A DNA stretch of 64,000 nt from Octopus vulgaris (GCA_951406725.2 OX597823.1:111228001-111292000); one strand, 5' to 3'; shown: positions 39,421 through 53,234, numbered from the stretch's first letter. The notes: a model not told the origin generated them from the sequence alone. Numbers and translations are program-made.

Positions 39421-40505
39421 CACACACACACCTGCATGCACATGCACACACCATTACTCACACTCGCACACGCATACACACACACATAGAGAGTGAGAGA
39501 GAGAGAGGAGGAGGAGAGAGAGTTAAGAACAGAGAAAGAGACTGATGGTTACAGGTGATGGTAAAAAGAGGAAAAGGGAGAGAGAGAGAGCTACAGATGC
39601 TAATAAAAAATGGGGTATGAGAGAAATTTTAGTGATATGGAAGACATCAGAAGAATTATATTTACAGAAATTACTAAGTGTGTGTGTACACGCATGCACA
39701 CACACACACACATACACACACGCAAATGATAACCAGAGCTCTTGTTGTACTCATGTAAACAAGTACAACACAATGCATAACTAGTCTAGCCACCCAATAA
39801 TGTATATGCATATATATATGTGTGTGTGTGTATGTAAGTGAGTATGTGTGTGTATGTAAGTGATTATGTGTGTGTATGTGCATATGCACATGTTTACAAG
39901 TGCAGGGAAGCTGAATGTGAGACAAGGATACTCTCATTTGAAATCTATGATATTTGTAAAATCTGGTTGTCTTGCTTTTTGTACTTGCGCGTATCACAGT
40001 TTGTTTCTAATGCTTTTGACAATGCCAAATTGAATGGTGTCAAAACCATAGTGATATCCACCAGGCAGCTGATGATGGGCATATATTTTTGACATTTGTG
40101 TTGTCCTAGAATCTTTCATACCTTGGAGTCTTGTTATTTTGTATTGTCTTTAACTCCTATAAGGTTGAACATGCTAAAGGACTTGTGATTTAAAGTGGTT
40201 ACATGTATTGATATAGTGATATTGCATAAGTGTCATCATTAGTAATATCATTATGCTAGGATGATACATAATTAATGGTTTGTAGTCTTGGGAGGTTGTG
40301 TGGCATATACATTAGTGTTTAATTTTGTATCAAGTTGTATATTTTTACGGTTATACAAGGAGACGGTTGACAGTAATTTCTAAGTTTTTAACTTACATTC
40401 ATCTGACAGTTAATATGTGTGCATGTGTGCACACACACACACACACATACATATAGATACGTATATATATACACACATATATATATATATATACACACAT
40501 ATATG

Positions 40506-40560
<55 letters not shown>

Positions 40561-40568
40561 ATATATAC

Positions 40569-40617
<49 letters not shown>

Positions 40618-40694
40618 TATATACACACACACATGCATACACACACACAAGTACACTCACATATATACATATATATATATACATACATATATAT

Positions 40695-40759
<65 letters not shown>

Positions 40760-40899
40760 TACACACACAGAAGCAGCACACTGACATATATGTGAGAGAA
40801 AGGGAGTGAGAAGGGTGACAGTCTAAGAAAAGAAAAGGGTGTGGGTGACAGTGTGAGGAAGAAGTATGAGAGGAGAATAGTATATTGTGAGACTAAAAT

Positions 40900-41060
40900 T
40901 TCTTCTTCTTCTTCTTCTTCTTCTTCGTCTTCTTCTTCTTCATCATCATCATTCTCATCATCGTCGCTACCACCACCACCACCACCAACACCACCACCAC
41001 CGCCACCACCACCACCACCACCACCACCACCACCATCATCATCATCTCCTCCTTCCTCTC
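40900..41060. repeat. (TTC)n-(CAT)n-(CAC)n compound microsatellite
   Basis: Direct inspection. Confidence 0.93.
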
Positions 41061-41913
41061 ATGTTGTTTTATCTCAAATATCAAATATCACTGTTGCTGT
41101 TGAAGTTGTTGCTATTATAATCTTTAATATTGTTGTTCTGTTTATTCATTGTTGATGTTATTGCTGTTGGTGTTACTGTTGCTGTTGTTGTTGTTATTGC
41201 CCTTGTTGTTATTAATTCCGTTATTATTTTATCATTAATATGTTTTTTAAATCACTGTTTTCTTATTGCTTTTTGATGTTGTTGTTCTTATCCTTGTTGG
41301 TATTAATTTTGCTATTATTATTGTTACTCTTTACATTGTAGAAGTTGTTGTTGCATTTCTTATTCAGTATCTCTATTAATTTTTTCTCCTGCTGATTTAA
41401 GCCTTGCTCTTGTTTTTGTTAATATTGTTCTCATCAGTGCCTTGTTGTTGTTACGGTTGCTTATCGTGTTATTGTTGTTATTATTATTGCTGTTTTTGTT
41501 GTTGTTGTTATAATGCACTTATTACAGCAGCTGCCAATGTTGTTGTTGTTGTTATTATTGGTGCACTTGTTACTGCTGCTGCTGTTGTTGTTGTAGTCAC
41601 TCTTGACTTTTCTGATGTTCTCTAAGGCTCTTTGTTTTTGCAGCTGTCCGCATACTTATTGTTTGTGTTGTTGTTGTTGTTGTTGTTATTTACTTGTTTT
41701 ATGAACACCACAGTCAAATATTAGATAAAGGAACTGGAATATGGGTTGTGAGAGTAGAGCAACAGATTACCTTATGCTGTTCGTTTCACCTCTCGGCATT
41801 CTAAGTTCAAATATCACCAAGGTCAGCTCTACTTTTTATCCTTTTGTAAGTCAATGAATAAAATGTTATAATCCAGGGTGGTGGTTGAGCAGGAATTTCC
41901 AGACATTGGATAA

Positions 41914-42165
41914 CATCATCTTCATCATCACTATCACCATCATCATCATCATCAACACCACTACCACCACCATCATCATCATCATCAACAACAACACAAC
42001 CACCACGAAAACCACAACCACGACCACCACGACCACAACCACCACCATCATCATCGTCACCACCACCACCATCATCATCATCATCGTCATCATCATCATC
42101 ATTACTCTAGTCATCATCATTGTTATCCCCATCGTCGTCATTGTAGTCATCATCATCATCATCAT
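41914..42165. repeat. (CAT/CAC/AAC)n compound microsatellite
   Basis: Direct inspection. Confidence 0.93.
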
Positions 42166-42605
42166 TATTTAGTGTACAATTTTTTCAATCATTGCATGGG
42201 TTGGACAATTTTTTTAGGCAAATTTTTCTATGACCAGTTGTCATTCCTGTCACCATTCCTCACTAGTTTCCAAATAAGGTAATAATTTCTTATGACCAAA
42301 TGTTTTTTGATGGAAGCCATGGATCTTAGGAATCAGCATAGCAGAATTTATATAAACTTACATTTCTTCAAGACGTTTATTTCTGATAATGAGTCTTTTT
42401 GCCCGAATTATTTAAAAGTTACTTAATTGCCTATTTTTGCATTGTAAGACACACACTCTCTCTCTCTCTCTCTCCCTCTCTCCCTCTCTCTCTCCCTCCC
42501 TCTCTCCCTCTCTCTCTCTCTCCCTCTTCATTACTGTTATTTTACTAATATTGAAAACATCCTCTAAATATTTGGTCTTGTACCAAAATCTGAAGTAATT
42601 ATTAA

Positions 42606-43015
42606 GGCGTAGGAGTGGCTGTGTGGTAAGTAGCTTGCATACGATCAACATGGTTCCAGGTTCAGTCCCACTGCATGGCACCTTTGGTAAGTGTCTTCTA
42701 CTATAGCCTTGAGCCCACCAAAGCCTTGAGAGTGGATTTTGTTTACAGAAACTGAAAGAAGCCTGTTGTATATATGTATGTATATGTGTGTGTGTGTGTG
42801 TTTGTGTCTGTGTTTGTCCCCCCAACATTGCTTGACAAACGATGCTGGTGTGTTTACATCCCCATAACTTAGCAGTTCAGCAAAAGACACCGACAGAGTA
42901 AGTACTAGACTTCCAAAGAATAAGTCCTGGGGTCAATTTGCTCGACTAAAGGCAGTGCTCCAGTGTGGCCACAGTCACATGATTGAAACAGGTAAAAGAG
43001 TAAAAGAGTAAAGAG
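42606..43015 (+). mobile_element. SINE family A, full length
   Basis: Family A head to tail. Confidence 0.92.
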
Positions 43016-43464
43016 AGACATTGATCTCACAATTAGTAAAGTGTCAGGAAAATGGCTTGTGGTATTCAATAATATCTATGTTTGGAGTTCAAATCAGGTG
43101 AAGGTTGACTTATTGATTGATCATACAGGGGCTGATGCAAATCCTTCCTCTTATTGTCATAACATGTCGCTTTGCAATTACTTAGATTCATGCTTCTATG
43201 TCTTAAGTTCAAATTCTACTAAATCACCAAAGAATTACTGTATTTATGAAGCAACAAGACAACAACAATAGCAACATGGAACCTCTAACAATTGTTCAAC
43301 CTATGAGAAGTAACAGCCAAACTTCTCTCAATTAAACAGTCAGCCATTTTGTCTCTTTAAGGAAACATTCATCAAAGAATACAGTTTACATATTCAAAAA
43401 ACACACAAGATGGTCATGTCTGGAATGCTTTTAATTAATGGCTAAGTAGATACGATTGAGGCCA

Positions 43465-43640
43465 CTTAGCATTTTTCTCAGTATGCTAACAGTTTTGAGT
43501 TCAAATTCCACCCAGGTCGACTTTGCCTTTCATCTTTTCTGTGTCACTAAAATAAGTACCAGTTGAGCACCGAGATTGAATGTAATCTCCTTACCAATTC
43601 CTCAGAAATTGCTCGCCTCGTGCCAAATGCAAAACCAATA
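43465..43640 (+). mobile_element. SINE family B variant (diverged)
   Basis: gagttcaaattccacccaggtcgactttgcctttcatc...aaataagtaccagttgagcac. Confidence 0.75.
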
Positions 43641-44330
43641 TTTGCAACATGTGTGTCATTGTCTAATTCTTTAAATTTGCTTCTTTTTATCTGGTCATCG
43701 GGAATAAATATTAATTCAGCTCTCATAGATTAGCCCCTAATGAGAGATGCAAATCTATGCGGGATAGTTTTATCTCTCATTGCTTTGTTATGCACCATGA
43801 ATTTTGGACAATACACTGGTCCCAAAAGTGCACCCAGAGTCTGATAGGAAATTTTTAAAACATTAATTGCAATCAAGATTAGTTTTCAATGCCCATATAT
43901 CAGAGATTAGTGGCTGATATAATAAACAGCATTCTAATATTATTGGTCACAGTGTAATTAAAATTGTGAAGTTGCAAAGGCACAGAGAAGAGGTACCCAA
44001 TGGCTTGACCATCTGGCTTCAGCGAGAATAGCCAAATAACATGTTGAGTTTAAAGCATGCCAGGAGGACCTAGAGGTCCATGATCAATGATGCATGGAGA
44101 GAGAGAGGGGTGGGGAACAGAGAGTGGGAAAGAGAGATAGCAGAGTGCAATCATCCAGACAATTATCTTTTCTCTTTTATCTTTTTCATGTTTCAGCTAT
44201 TAGACTGTGGCCATACTGGGGCACTGGCTTGAAAAGTTTTATTCAGATTAGTCTGCTTTATGGTAAGCCTGATACTTACCATACACACACACACACACAG
44301 ATATATATATATATTATATATTATATCCAA

Positions 44331-44729
44331 GGCTGTGTGGTAAGTAGCTTGTTTACCAACCACATGGTTTCGGGTTCAGTCCCACTGCGTGGCACCTTGG
44401 ATAGTGTCTTCTACTATAGCCTCGGGCCGACCATAGCCTTGTGAGTGGATTTGGTAGACGGAAACTGAAAGAAGCCCGCTGTATATAGGTATATATATAT
44501 ATATATGCGTGTGTGTGTTTGTGTGTCTGTGTTTGTCCCCCTAGCATTGCTTGACAACCGATGCTGGTGTGTTTATGTCCCCGTTAATAAGCGGTTTGGC
44601 AAAAGAGACTGATAGAATAAGTACTGGGCTTACAAACAATAAGTCCCGGGGTTGAGTTGCTCGATTAAAGGCGGTGCTCCAGCATGGCCACAGTCAAATG
44701 ACTGAAACAAGTAAAAGAGTAAAAGAGTA
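44331..44729 (+). mobile_element. SINE family A
   Basis: Family A, first few bases missing. Confidence 0.92.
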
Positions 44730-44864
44730 ATTAACAGGGATATAATGACATCAGCACCAGTTGCCAAGCTGTGAGGGGAGGGGGGAACAAACACAGACAC
44801 AAAAACCATACATATACACACACAAATGCATGCATATATATATATAAGAATATATATTCTTTTA

Positions 44865-45227
44865 TTTTCATATTCATTTATTTGTTTCAGTTATTTTGAC
44901 TGCGGCCATGCTTAAGCAAATTGACCCCAGGACTTATTCTTTGTAAGCCTAGTACTTATTCTATTGGTCTCTTTTGCCAAACCACTAAGTTACGGGGTTG
45001 TAAGCACATTAGCATCGGTTGTCAAGCAATGTTGGGGGGGGGGGGGGCAAACACAAACTCAAAAACACACAAACACACATATATATGTACGATAGGCTTT
45101 TTTCAGTTTTCATCTACCAAAGCCACAGACAAGGCTTTGGTCATCCTGGGGCTATAGTAGACGATACTTGCCACATAGTAGGACTCAACCCAGAACCATG
45201 TTGTTGGTAAGCAAGCTACTTACCACA
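44865..45227 (-). mobile_element. SINE family A
   Basis: Reverse complement with small deletions. Confidence 0.85.
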
Positions 45228-45233
45228 CATACA

Positions 45234-45293
<60 letters not shown>

Positions 45294-45296
<3 letters not shown>

Positions 45297-45574
45297 TTAT
45301 ATATAAAAGTGAATTTGTGTGAGTGTCTGTCTCCTACGATTTAGATTCCTAACTACCCCCACATTTTGCGGTGCAGTTTAACCAAAACCGGGTATCTTAT
45401 AGTCATGATTCATATCAAGCCCTTCTGGGTATTAGCATGCATCTATAATGAGTTTAAAAAAAAATTTACCATCATTTTCTTTCCATTTCTTGCTATTTTT
45501 TGGCTATAACTCTCTAAAAATGCTTATATAGTTATTTCCCTTACAAACCCGAGCAACGCCGGGCGACACTGCTA

Positions 45575-45575
<1 letters not shown>
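45294..45575 (+). mobile_element. Non-autonomous Helitron (internally deleted relative of 26135-26532)
   Basis: A|TCTTTATATATAAAAG...CCCGAGCAACGCCGGG...CTAG|T inside (TA)n. Confidence 0.85.
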
Positions 45576-45615
<40 letters not shown>

Positions 45616-45701
45616 TATGTATGTATAATATATACACATACATATATGTATATATAAATACACACAGACATACACACATACACATGCACACACATACACA
45701 C

Positions 45702-45856
45702 AAGTAGTCTCTTTCAGTTTCCATTTACCAAATTCACTCACATGGCCTTGGTCAGCCCACAGCTTCAGTAGAAGACGCTTGGCTGAGGTGCCACACAGTG
45801 GGACTGAACCAGAAACCATGTGGTCAAGAAACAAACATTTTACCACACAGCCATGC
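45702..45856 (-). mobile_element. SINE family A 5' half (diverged)
   Basis: ctttcagtttccatttacc...gggactgaacc..accacacagcc. Confidence 0.78.
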
Positions 45857-45890
45857 TTTTTGAATATTTATAAAATTCATATCTACACTA

Positions 45891-46290
45891 AGGTGGTAAG
45901 CTGGCAGAATTGGTAGCATGCCAGATGAAATGCTTAGTGGTATTTCATCTGCCTCTACGTTCTGAGTTCAAATTCCGCCGAGGTCGATTTTTCCTTTCAT
46001 CCTTTCGGGGTCGATTAAATAAGTACCATTTACGCACTGGGGTCGATATTATCGACTTAATCGGTTTGTCTGTCCTTGTTTGTTCTCTCTGTGTTTAGCC
46101 CCTTGTGGATAGTAAAGAAATAGGTATTTCATCTGTCTTCAAGTTCTGAGTTCTAATTCTGCTGGGGTCTACTTTGCCTTTCATCATTTTGAGGTCAATA
46201 GAATAAGTACCAGTTGAGCACTGGGGTTAATTTAATCGATTCAGCCCCTTCCCCAAAACTGCTGGACTTATGCCAAAATTTAAAACCAAT
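45891..46290 (+). mobile_element. SINE family B head-to-tail dimer
   Basis: Tail ...aaagaaataggtattt runs directly into a second headless unit catctgtcttcaagttctgagttc. Confidence 0.85.
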
Positions 46291-46411
46291 ATTCATACCT
46301 ATACCGTATTTCGGTCAGTTTGTAGTAGAAATATCATTTCGTGTCACATATGATACCACACTGAATTTGAGCAAGGAACCTCTTTTCCAAACTCAGGATC
46401 ATCTACAACAG

Positions 46412-46790
46412 TGGAGGCACAATGGCCCAGTGGTTAGAGTAATGGACTCACGGTCGGAGGATCGCGGTTTTGATTCCCAGACCGGGCGTTGTGTGTGTTT
46501 ATTGAGCAAAAACAACTAAAGCTCCACGAGGCTCTGGCAGGGGGTGGTGACGACCCCTTTCGCTCCTACTTTCTCTCACTCTTTCTTCCTGTTTCTTGTA
46601 CCCGACTTCCTATGCAACCGCTGAGCCTGGATGTGCATTCATCCATCCGTCAATGCTTTGGTGTCAGGGGTTGACCTGCTTTCTCTTCTATGGGTCTTAC
46701 GAATAGCAAAGGACCACATTTCGGACTTCTCCTGAGGCACGATCTTGTGAGCTCTGAGACAAAAATCGCTTCGCTCAACAAACAAACAAA
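46412..46790 (+). mobile_element. tRNA-derived SINE with C-like head and a different body
   Basis: gtggaggcacaatggcccagtggttagag..ggactcacggtcggaggatcgcgg..agaccgggcg..aagctccacgaggctctggcag; (aaac)n tail. Confidence 0.78.
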
Positions 46791-47393
46791 CCATCTACAA
46801 CAATTGTTATATTCACTGGTCGTTTGGTACCAACCTTATTGAATTAAAAGTTCTCTTTTTGCCAAAATGCCTATGCAGTCCTCTGCAATTGATTTTATGC
46901 CTATTTCAAAAAGGAAATCCATTTCTCATACAAGGTTTGTAAATCTTTACATTGGTGTTGAGATGAGGTGGTGGTGTTGGTGGTGGTGTTGGAGGTGGTG
47001 GCAGCAGTGATGGTGGAAATAAAATGAAATGGCTGAAATTACATTAACATGATGCAAGGGGAAGAAAATAAATTATGTAAAAAGCTAAATGAATAACAGT
47101 GTAAACGAATAGGAGAATGGGACAAGGAGAGAATGATGAAATATAAAAAAACTGTGTAACTATTCAATTAATTATCCCTAAAAGCCCCTTGATTAAGTGT
47201 TATGGTGTAGGACATAACATTTCATGGCACTTTCATAATTTAACGGCATGTTAGCTAAATGAATAACAGAATAAAAGAATAAAAGTATAAATGGATGAAA
47301 AGAAAAACATGAATACTGTAATAAAATAAAAGATTATACTGCTCCATATATAAGATGTTACAAGATATATATGTATGCATATACATACATGCA

Positions 47394-47427
<34 letters not shown>

Positions 47428-48468
47428 ATATATTTATATATATATATATATATTATATACATATATATTATATATATATATTATATATATATAATATAAT
47501 ATAATATAATATAATATAATATAATATAATATATATATATATACATAATATATTTATATATAATATATATGTATGTATACATATGTATGTATCACATATA
47601 TATATAATACACTCATAAGAACACACACATACACATATGAATGTATAGATATATAGTTATATACATAGTTAAATATATATGCATATATATGTGTGTGTAT
47701 ACATATATATATACACACACACATATCTATATTCACACATATATATGTATATATTTATTCATATATATATGTATATATATATATTATATATAAAGTATAT
47801 ATATAAAATATGTAGATGTATGTATGATATATATATAATGTGTGTGTATGTGTGTCGGTGAAGAAAAGATGTTCTGTAGATTATAAAAAGACTGAGATTA
47901 AGAAAAAGGATAGACTTTCTCCTGAAAGAGTTTTTCTTCTGCTTTTATATTGTCGCATTGTGTTAGCTTAATGAAAAAAGGGAATAAAAGATCAAAGGAA
48001 TAAATGAATTAAAAAAAAAACGTTGATATCATGTGAACAGAATTAAAGAATGAAGGAATAAATGACTAAAACAATAAAATTATTATGTGAGCACAAAGCT
48101 TTCTTTTTTAATATGACAAACTCGGAAATGTATATATAAATAAATGAATAAAAAAAAAGAAAGAGTTGCGTACTCCTTCTTCTCCTATTTAATCATTCGA
48201 TATTTAATTTTTACATATTAACATATTGTTAGATATTGTTTGATGATAAAGAAATGAAAGTAAAACAAAACAAAAAAGCAAATATAAAAAAAAAACACCA
48301 ACAAAATCAAAGAAATGAAAGTAAAATAAAAGTATACGGAGTAAGACGAAGAAATTTGGCAACATTATCTGATTAGTGTGTAAGAGGTATATATAATTTA
48401 TCCTTCATGTGTGTTTAAGTATATACATACATGCATATATACATACATATACATATATATATATGTAG

Positions 48469-48539
<71 letters not shown>

Positions 48540-48881
48540 TATATATATGTGTATATAAGTATATGCATGTATATATATGTGTGTATGTTTATACACACAC
48601 ATACATATATATATATATTTTTTCTTGCCAGTGCTTCTTCTTTCTTAATGTATATCAAATTATCAAGTGAATTCAGTGACAAAGTCATCTTCGATACATT
48701 GAAGCATACAGGTTATTGTTTAAAAAGCCATGGCTGTGCAATTAAAAAAGGTTCCTTTGCAGCCTTCCATTCCAGAGTTCGATCCTTCTGTGTAACATTT
48801 TGGTGAAGAGGCATTCTACTGTAACTTCATACTGACAAATACCCTCCGAGTTGAATTTAGTAAATGGAAATTGTGTGGTAG

Positions 48882-48985
48882 CTCCAAGCAATCACAGAGG
48901 ATGTTATGAGGGACGTTCTATTGGACCTCCTAAATACTGATGGTCTGCTTCATGTAACTTAATCTATCGAGAAATTAGAGATGAA
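48882..48985 (+). pseudogene. Highly decayed RTE-type reverse transcriptase fragment
   Basis: LQAITEDVMRDVLLDLLNTDGLLHVT*SIEKLE resembles LQAITEE...WELLYADDL.L.AES.EELE. Confidence 0.45.
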
Positions 48986-49005
48986 TCCATCTCCCCTTAA
49001 TTAAT

Positions 49006-49053
<48 letters not shown>

Positions 49054-49461
49054 TAGTGGGGCTCCAAAAGGGGTCTGGGGTCTCAGGGAGTAGTGTCCCT
49101 GGCTTCCTGAGCAAGATTTCCATATTTCTTTAAAAAAATTGGTAGAGACTTTGGTCTTGGGACCACTCATGTCTAGAAACTGACATTTGGGTAAAGCAAA
49201 GGCATGCACCCCGTAGAAAATCCAGCTTCAAAAACACCTCATGATAACAAAGAAGAATGGGCACAAGCTGGGCCAAAGGTTGGGGTGGGCTGCACCTGCC
49301 TACATTAGTTGCTATGCCATTGAGGTGGATCCAACCACCCCAGTTATTTGGGACAAAACCCAGATTTAAAACACTGGAAAACGCTATATCTGTGGTCATC
49401 CCTCACTGTTTATCTACCATTCACTACATCCAACATCCCACACTACTTAATACTAATAACA

Positions 49462-49688
49462 AGGGCAACAAGCTGGCAGAGACATTAGCACACTGGAAGA
49501 AATGCTTAGCAGTATTTTGTCTGCTGTTACATTCTTAGTTCAAATTCCACTGAGGTCAATTTTGCTTTTCATCCTTTCAGAGTCAATTAAATAAGTACCA
49601 GTTACGCACTGGGGTCGATGTAATCGACTTAAACCCCTTGTCTGTCCTTGTTTGCCCCCTCTATGTTTAGCCCCCTGCGGGCAATAAA
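49462..49688 (+). mobile_element. SINE family B
   Basis: aagctggcagagacattagc...gcttttcatcctttcagagtcaattaaataagtaccag. Confidence 0.85.
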
Positions 49689-51252
49689 AAGTGAATACTA
49701 AGAAAAATAACTAAATGTAGTGGGATAAGTATAATGATGCTTGTGTATGTGAATGTAAACCGCTGTTGGCTGTTTTCGAGGGGGTTGAATGTTGCAAGGT
49801 TGGTGTGGGGCCCTCCTTAGCTCTTGGGCACTGGAACATAGTACCGGCTGGACCCCTCCCCCACTCTCAGAGGCCCTTCCCTCTGCTAAATTTGTTGACC
49901 GTGTACCAAAATTTGAAACCATTGTTATTGTCGTTACTGACAAAGGCATCAAGCTAGAAGAATTTTTAGAATACTGCAACAAGAAATATTTCCTCCAACA
50001 TTTTACATTCTGAATTCAATTCACACAGAGGTCAAATTATCATCCCTCTCGGGTCAATTAAACATAGACCCGCTCAGTTACTGGTATCAATGTAAATGAC
50101 TGACCTCCTTCCATCAAAATTGCTGGCCTTGCATCTAAATTATAATCTATAATTATTTTTTTCTGCCGTCGTTGTTATTCTAATATTTTCCAGATGTTAA
50201 ATATTTAAACAGTGCACTTTATATTCTGTCTGTTTTGTCATGTAAAGTAATGTTATAAATCACTGCACTGTATTTATAAGGATTTTATTTTTATTATTTA
50301 AGCACAGCATATATTTGCTCTCTCATGCATATTCCACTTATGAATCAATGCAGACGGACCCCTATTTCTTTATTTCAAACAGATAATAGTACAGGAGTGA
50401 ATCAGTTGAGTAGAATATTGAATGAGAAACCGAAATATAAAGTAACATAAACAACAACAGCAACAACATCATAAGCATCATCATCATCATCAACAACAAC
50501 AATGGCAATAATAATCTTTGCTTTATTAGCCGTACAACAACAACAACAACAATAATAGTAATAAGGGTTTTCTGTCATTGGGCACAAGGGTCCAAGAGAG
50601 GGACGACAGTACAAAGTTGAAATAGAAAAGGAAACAACAAACAGAATTAGTCAGGAGATTTTTGAATAAAAGTGAGATTAACATCATCATCATCATCGTC
50701 ATCATCGTCGTCATCATCATCATCATCATCATTGTCATCATCGTTATTATCCTTATTTTAACATCGACTTTTCCACGCTTGAGTAGACTGGACAAAAATT
50801 CATTAAGGTTGATTTTAAACAGCTGAATGCTCTCTCAGTCATCAACATTCATCTGCTTCCAAGCAAGCTAATATCATTTCTCTTAGTTATTTGAATATGA
50901 ACAGTTCAATGGTATGACATGTTTTTATGGAAGATTGCAAACAAATGACATTGTTTTTATTGTTTCTATGACTATTACACAATCTCTAGGCAAGGAGACA
51001 CTAATACACACATGCACACACACACACACGCACATGTATATACAGAATGGGCTATTTCCCGTTTTGAACAATCAGATACATTCAGAAGATTTTAATTGGT
51101 CTGGGGCTACAATCAAAGAAAATTTGTTGAAAGCATTGCACAGAAGGACTGAACCTAAAATATGACCAAGAAGTGTAGTTCTTAACCACACAGCTAAGCT
51201 TGTACCTCGGTAATAAGTTGAACATTAATAAATAGATAGTAATATATAACAA

Positions 51253-51641
51253 CTAGCAGTATTGCCTGGCATTGCTAGGGTTTGTTTCGACCCTTTAGAA
51301 TTGGAATTTTTGAAAAGTAAAAGTTATGCATTATGTAGCTTATTATTCTCTTTACGTGTACATTTTTCTGGTTGAAATACTCCGAAATATGGCGACATAG
51401 CAGTCAAAAAATCGTAAAAAATAAGGATTTTCATAGAAAAAAGCACCTTTTTGATGTAAATAATTTTTGGTGTTAACATGGTCCAATTTGAATTTTATCT
51501 TCTACGGAATAAAGAGCAAGCCTTCTTCTATCATATTCTCAATTTTGGTCAACTTGCATTGTAGGGTCTCGGAGGAGATAGTGTTAGTTGAAGGCTACCA
51601 AATCTGCCACACACAGACAACTTCAGCTTTATATATATAGA
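51253..51641 (-). mobile_element. Non-autonomous Helitron with the same termini type but a different interior
   Basis: Minus: A|TCTATATATATAAAGCTG...aaaccctagcaatgccaggcaatactgCTAG|T. Confidence 0.8.
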
Positions 51642-51857
51642 TAACTATGCACCAAAAGATTCCTAAAGTGGAGGAGCAAGTGAAGAGTAACTTAGGACGA
51701 TCAGTTCACAATGCTGGATAATTTTAATACTTTAAAGGAAAGTGTTTTGTCCCAGATTTTGCTGCCAACCTGCAGTAGCATAAAATAGGTCCCTTTAACC
51801 ATGTATCTTACCCTACAGTTACGTGGAAAGTCATTATTATTATTATTATTATTGCTA

Positions 51858-52088
51858 GGCAGCGAGCTGGCAGACACGTTAGTGCACCGGGCGAAATGCT
51901 TAGCTGTATTTCGTCTGTCGTTACGTTCTGATTTCAAATTCCGCCGAGGTCGATTTTGCCTTTCATTCTTTCGGGATCGATAAATTAAGTACCATTTTCG
52001 CAATGGGGTCAATGTAATCGAATTAATCCCTTTGTCTGTCCTTGTTTGTCCCCTCTATGTTTAGCCCCTTGTGGGCAATAAAGAAATG
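51858..52088 (+). mobile_element. SINE family B, full length
   Basis: Family B head to tail, inside (TTA)n. Confidence 0.88.
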
Positions 52089-52089
52089 A

Positions 52090-52170
<81 letters not shown>

Positions 52171-52177
52171 GTTATTG

Positions 52178-52256
<79 letters not shown>

Positions 52257-52270
52257 CATTATTATTATCA
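52090..52270. repeat. (TTA)n microsatellite
   Basis: Direct inspection. Confidence 0.97.
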
Positions 52271-52271
52271 G

Positions 52272-52452
52272 AGTGTCTTCTACTATAGCATCAGGCCGAC
52301 CAGCGCCACATGAGTGAATTTGGTAGAGGGAAACTGAAAGAAGCCTGCCATATGTGTATATATATATATATATATAATTTAGAGAAAAACCACTATTAAA
52401 CAATTCAATAAAGAAAGATGTTATTCACACCATATAGAAAACATATACTATG

Positions 52453-52485
<33 letters not shown>

Positions 52486-52642
52486 GTGCATGTTTGTGTC
52501 TGTGTTTCCATCCCCATAACTTAGCTGTTCAGCAGAAGAGACTGATAGAATAAGCATCAAGCTTACAGGGAATAAGTCCAGGGATCGATTTCTCCAACTA
52601 ATGGGTGCTGCTCCAGCATGGCCACCATCAAATGACTGAAAC
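52272..52642 (+). mobile_element. SINE family A (5'-truncated) with a family H fragment in its internal (TA)n
   Basis: Family A left and right parts separated by aatttagagaaaaaccac...accatatagaaa (52376-52450). Confidence 0.75.
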
Positions 52643-52938
52643 AGGTAAAAGAATAAAAGAATACCAGAAGGAACATTCCATACCACTTGGCCAAGAAGGT
52701 TCTTTGAATATTTATGATGTATTTTAAGGTTAAATTATTCTGTTTACTTCTGAGTAACTGAGATATTTTGGCTGGATTATATTTATTGGTTTTACACTTC
52801 TTTCTACATTCTGTAACAGTCATAATGCAGGAACATTTCTCATGGCACCAGCTCACAATTTACAGATGTTAACATCTTTTATAAGCCATTTAAGAAACAC
52901 ACAAAAACCGTTAAATTCACTTCAACATTTAAATTTAA

Positions 52939-52989
52939 TTTGTCAAAATATTTTCCTCGCTTTGAGACCACAACCTGTTCACTGACAAA
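52939..52989 (-). ncRNA. Putative minimal type I hammerhead ribozyme, G3-C8 core variant
   Basis: TTTGTCA-GTGAACA-G-GTTGTggtctcaaaGCGAG-GAAA-ATAT-TT-TGACAAA. Confidence 0.45.
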
Positions 52990-53002
52990 ACTCCGTGCTG
53001 CA

Positions 53003-53049
53003 TGTCAGTGAACAGGTTGTGGTCTGAAAGCGATGAAAATATTTTGACA
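53003..53049 (+). ncRNA. Putative minimal type I hammerhead ribozyme, G3-C8 core variant
   Basis: TGTCA-GTGAACA-G-GTTGTggtctgaaaGCGAT-GAAA-ATAT-TT-TGACA. Confidence 0.45.
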
Positions 53050-53234
53050 AATTAAATTTAAATGTTGAAGTGAATTTAACGGTTTTTGTGTTTCTTAAAT
53101 GGCTTATAAACACTTTACATGCTGCAATTGTTTTCGTTCCAGCACACAATCTCAGATCAGGTCACTTGCTATGCAAGTACATCTCTGTAAATCCATCTTT
53201 CATATTTTCCGTGAATTTTTCACAAGTCCAGCTA

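Larger units (their letters stand above)
52878..53110. mobile_element. Foldback palindrome (about 110 bp arms, 15 nt loop), putative inverted Penelope-like terminal repeat
   Basis: 52878-52987 is the reverse complement of 53003-53110; each arm has a hammerhead-shaped motif. Confidence 0.8.

Noticed and set aside
50383-50450. Possible terminal exon DNSTGVNQLSRILNEKPKYKVT* after tttatttcaaacag
   Set aside because: Too short, no recognisable homology and no upstream exons
52878-53110. Long hairpins here and at 54459-54730 as microRNA precursors
   Set aside because: No known mature miRNA recognised; arms are long and repeat-derived, and small-RNA data would be needed
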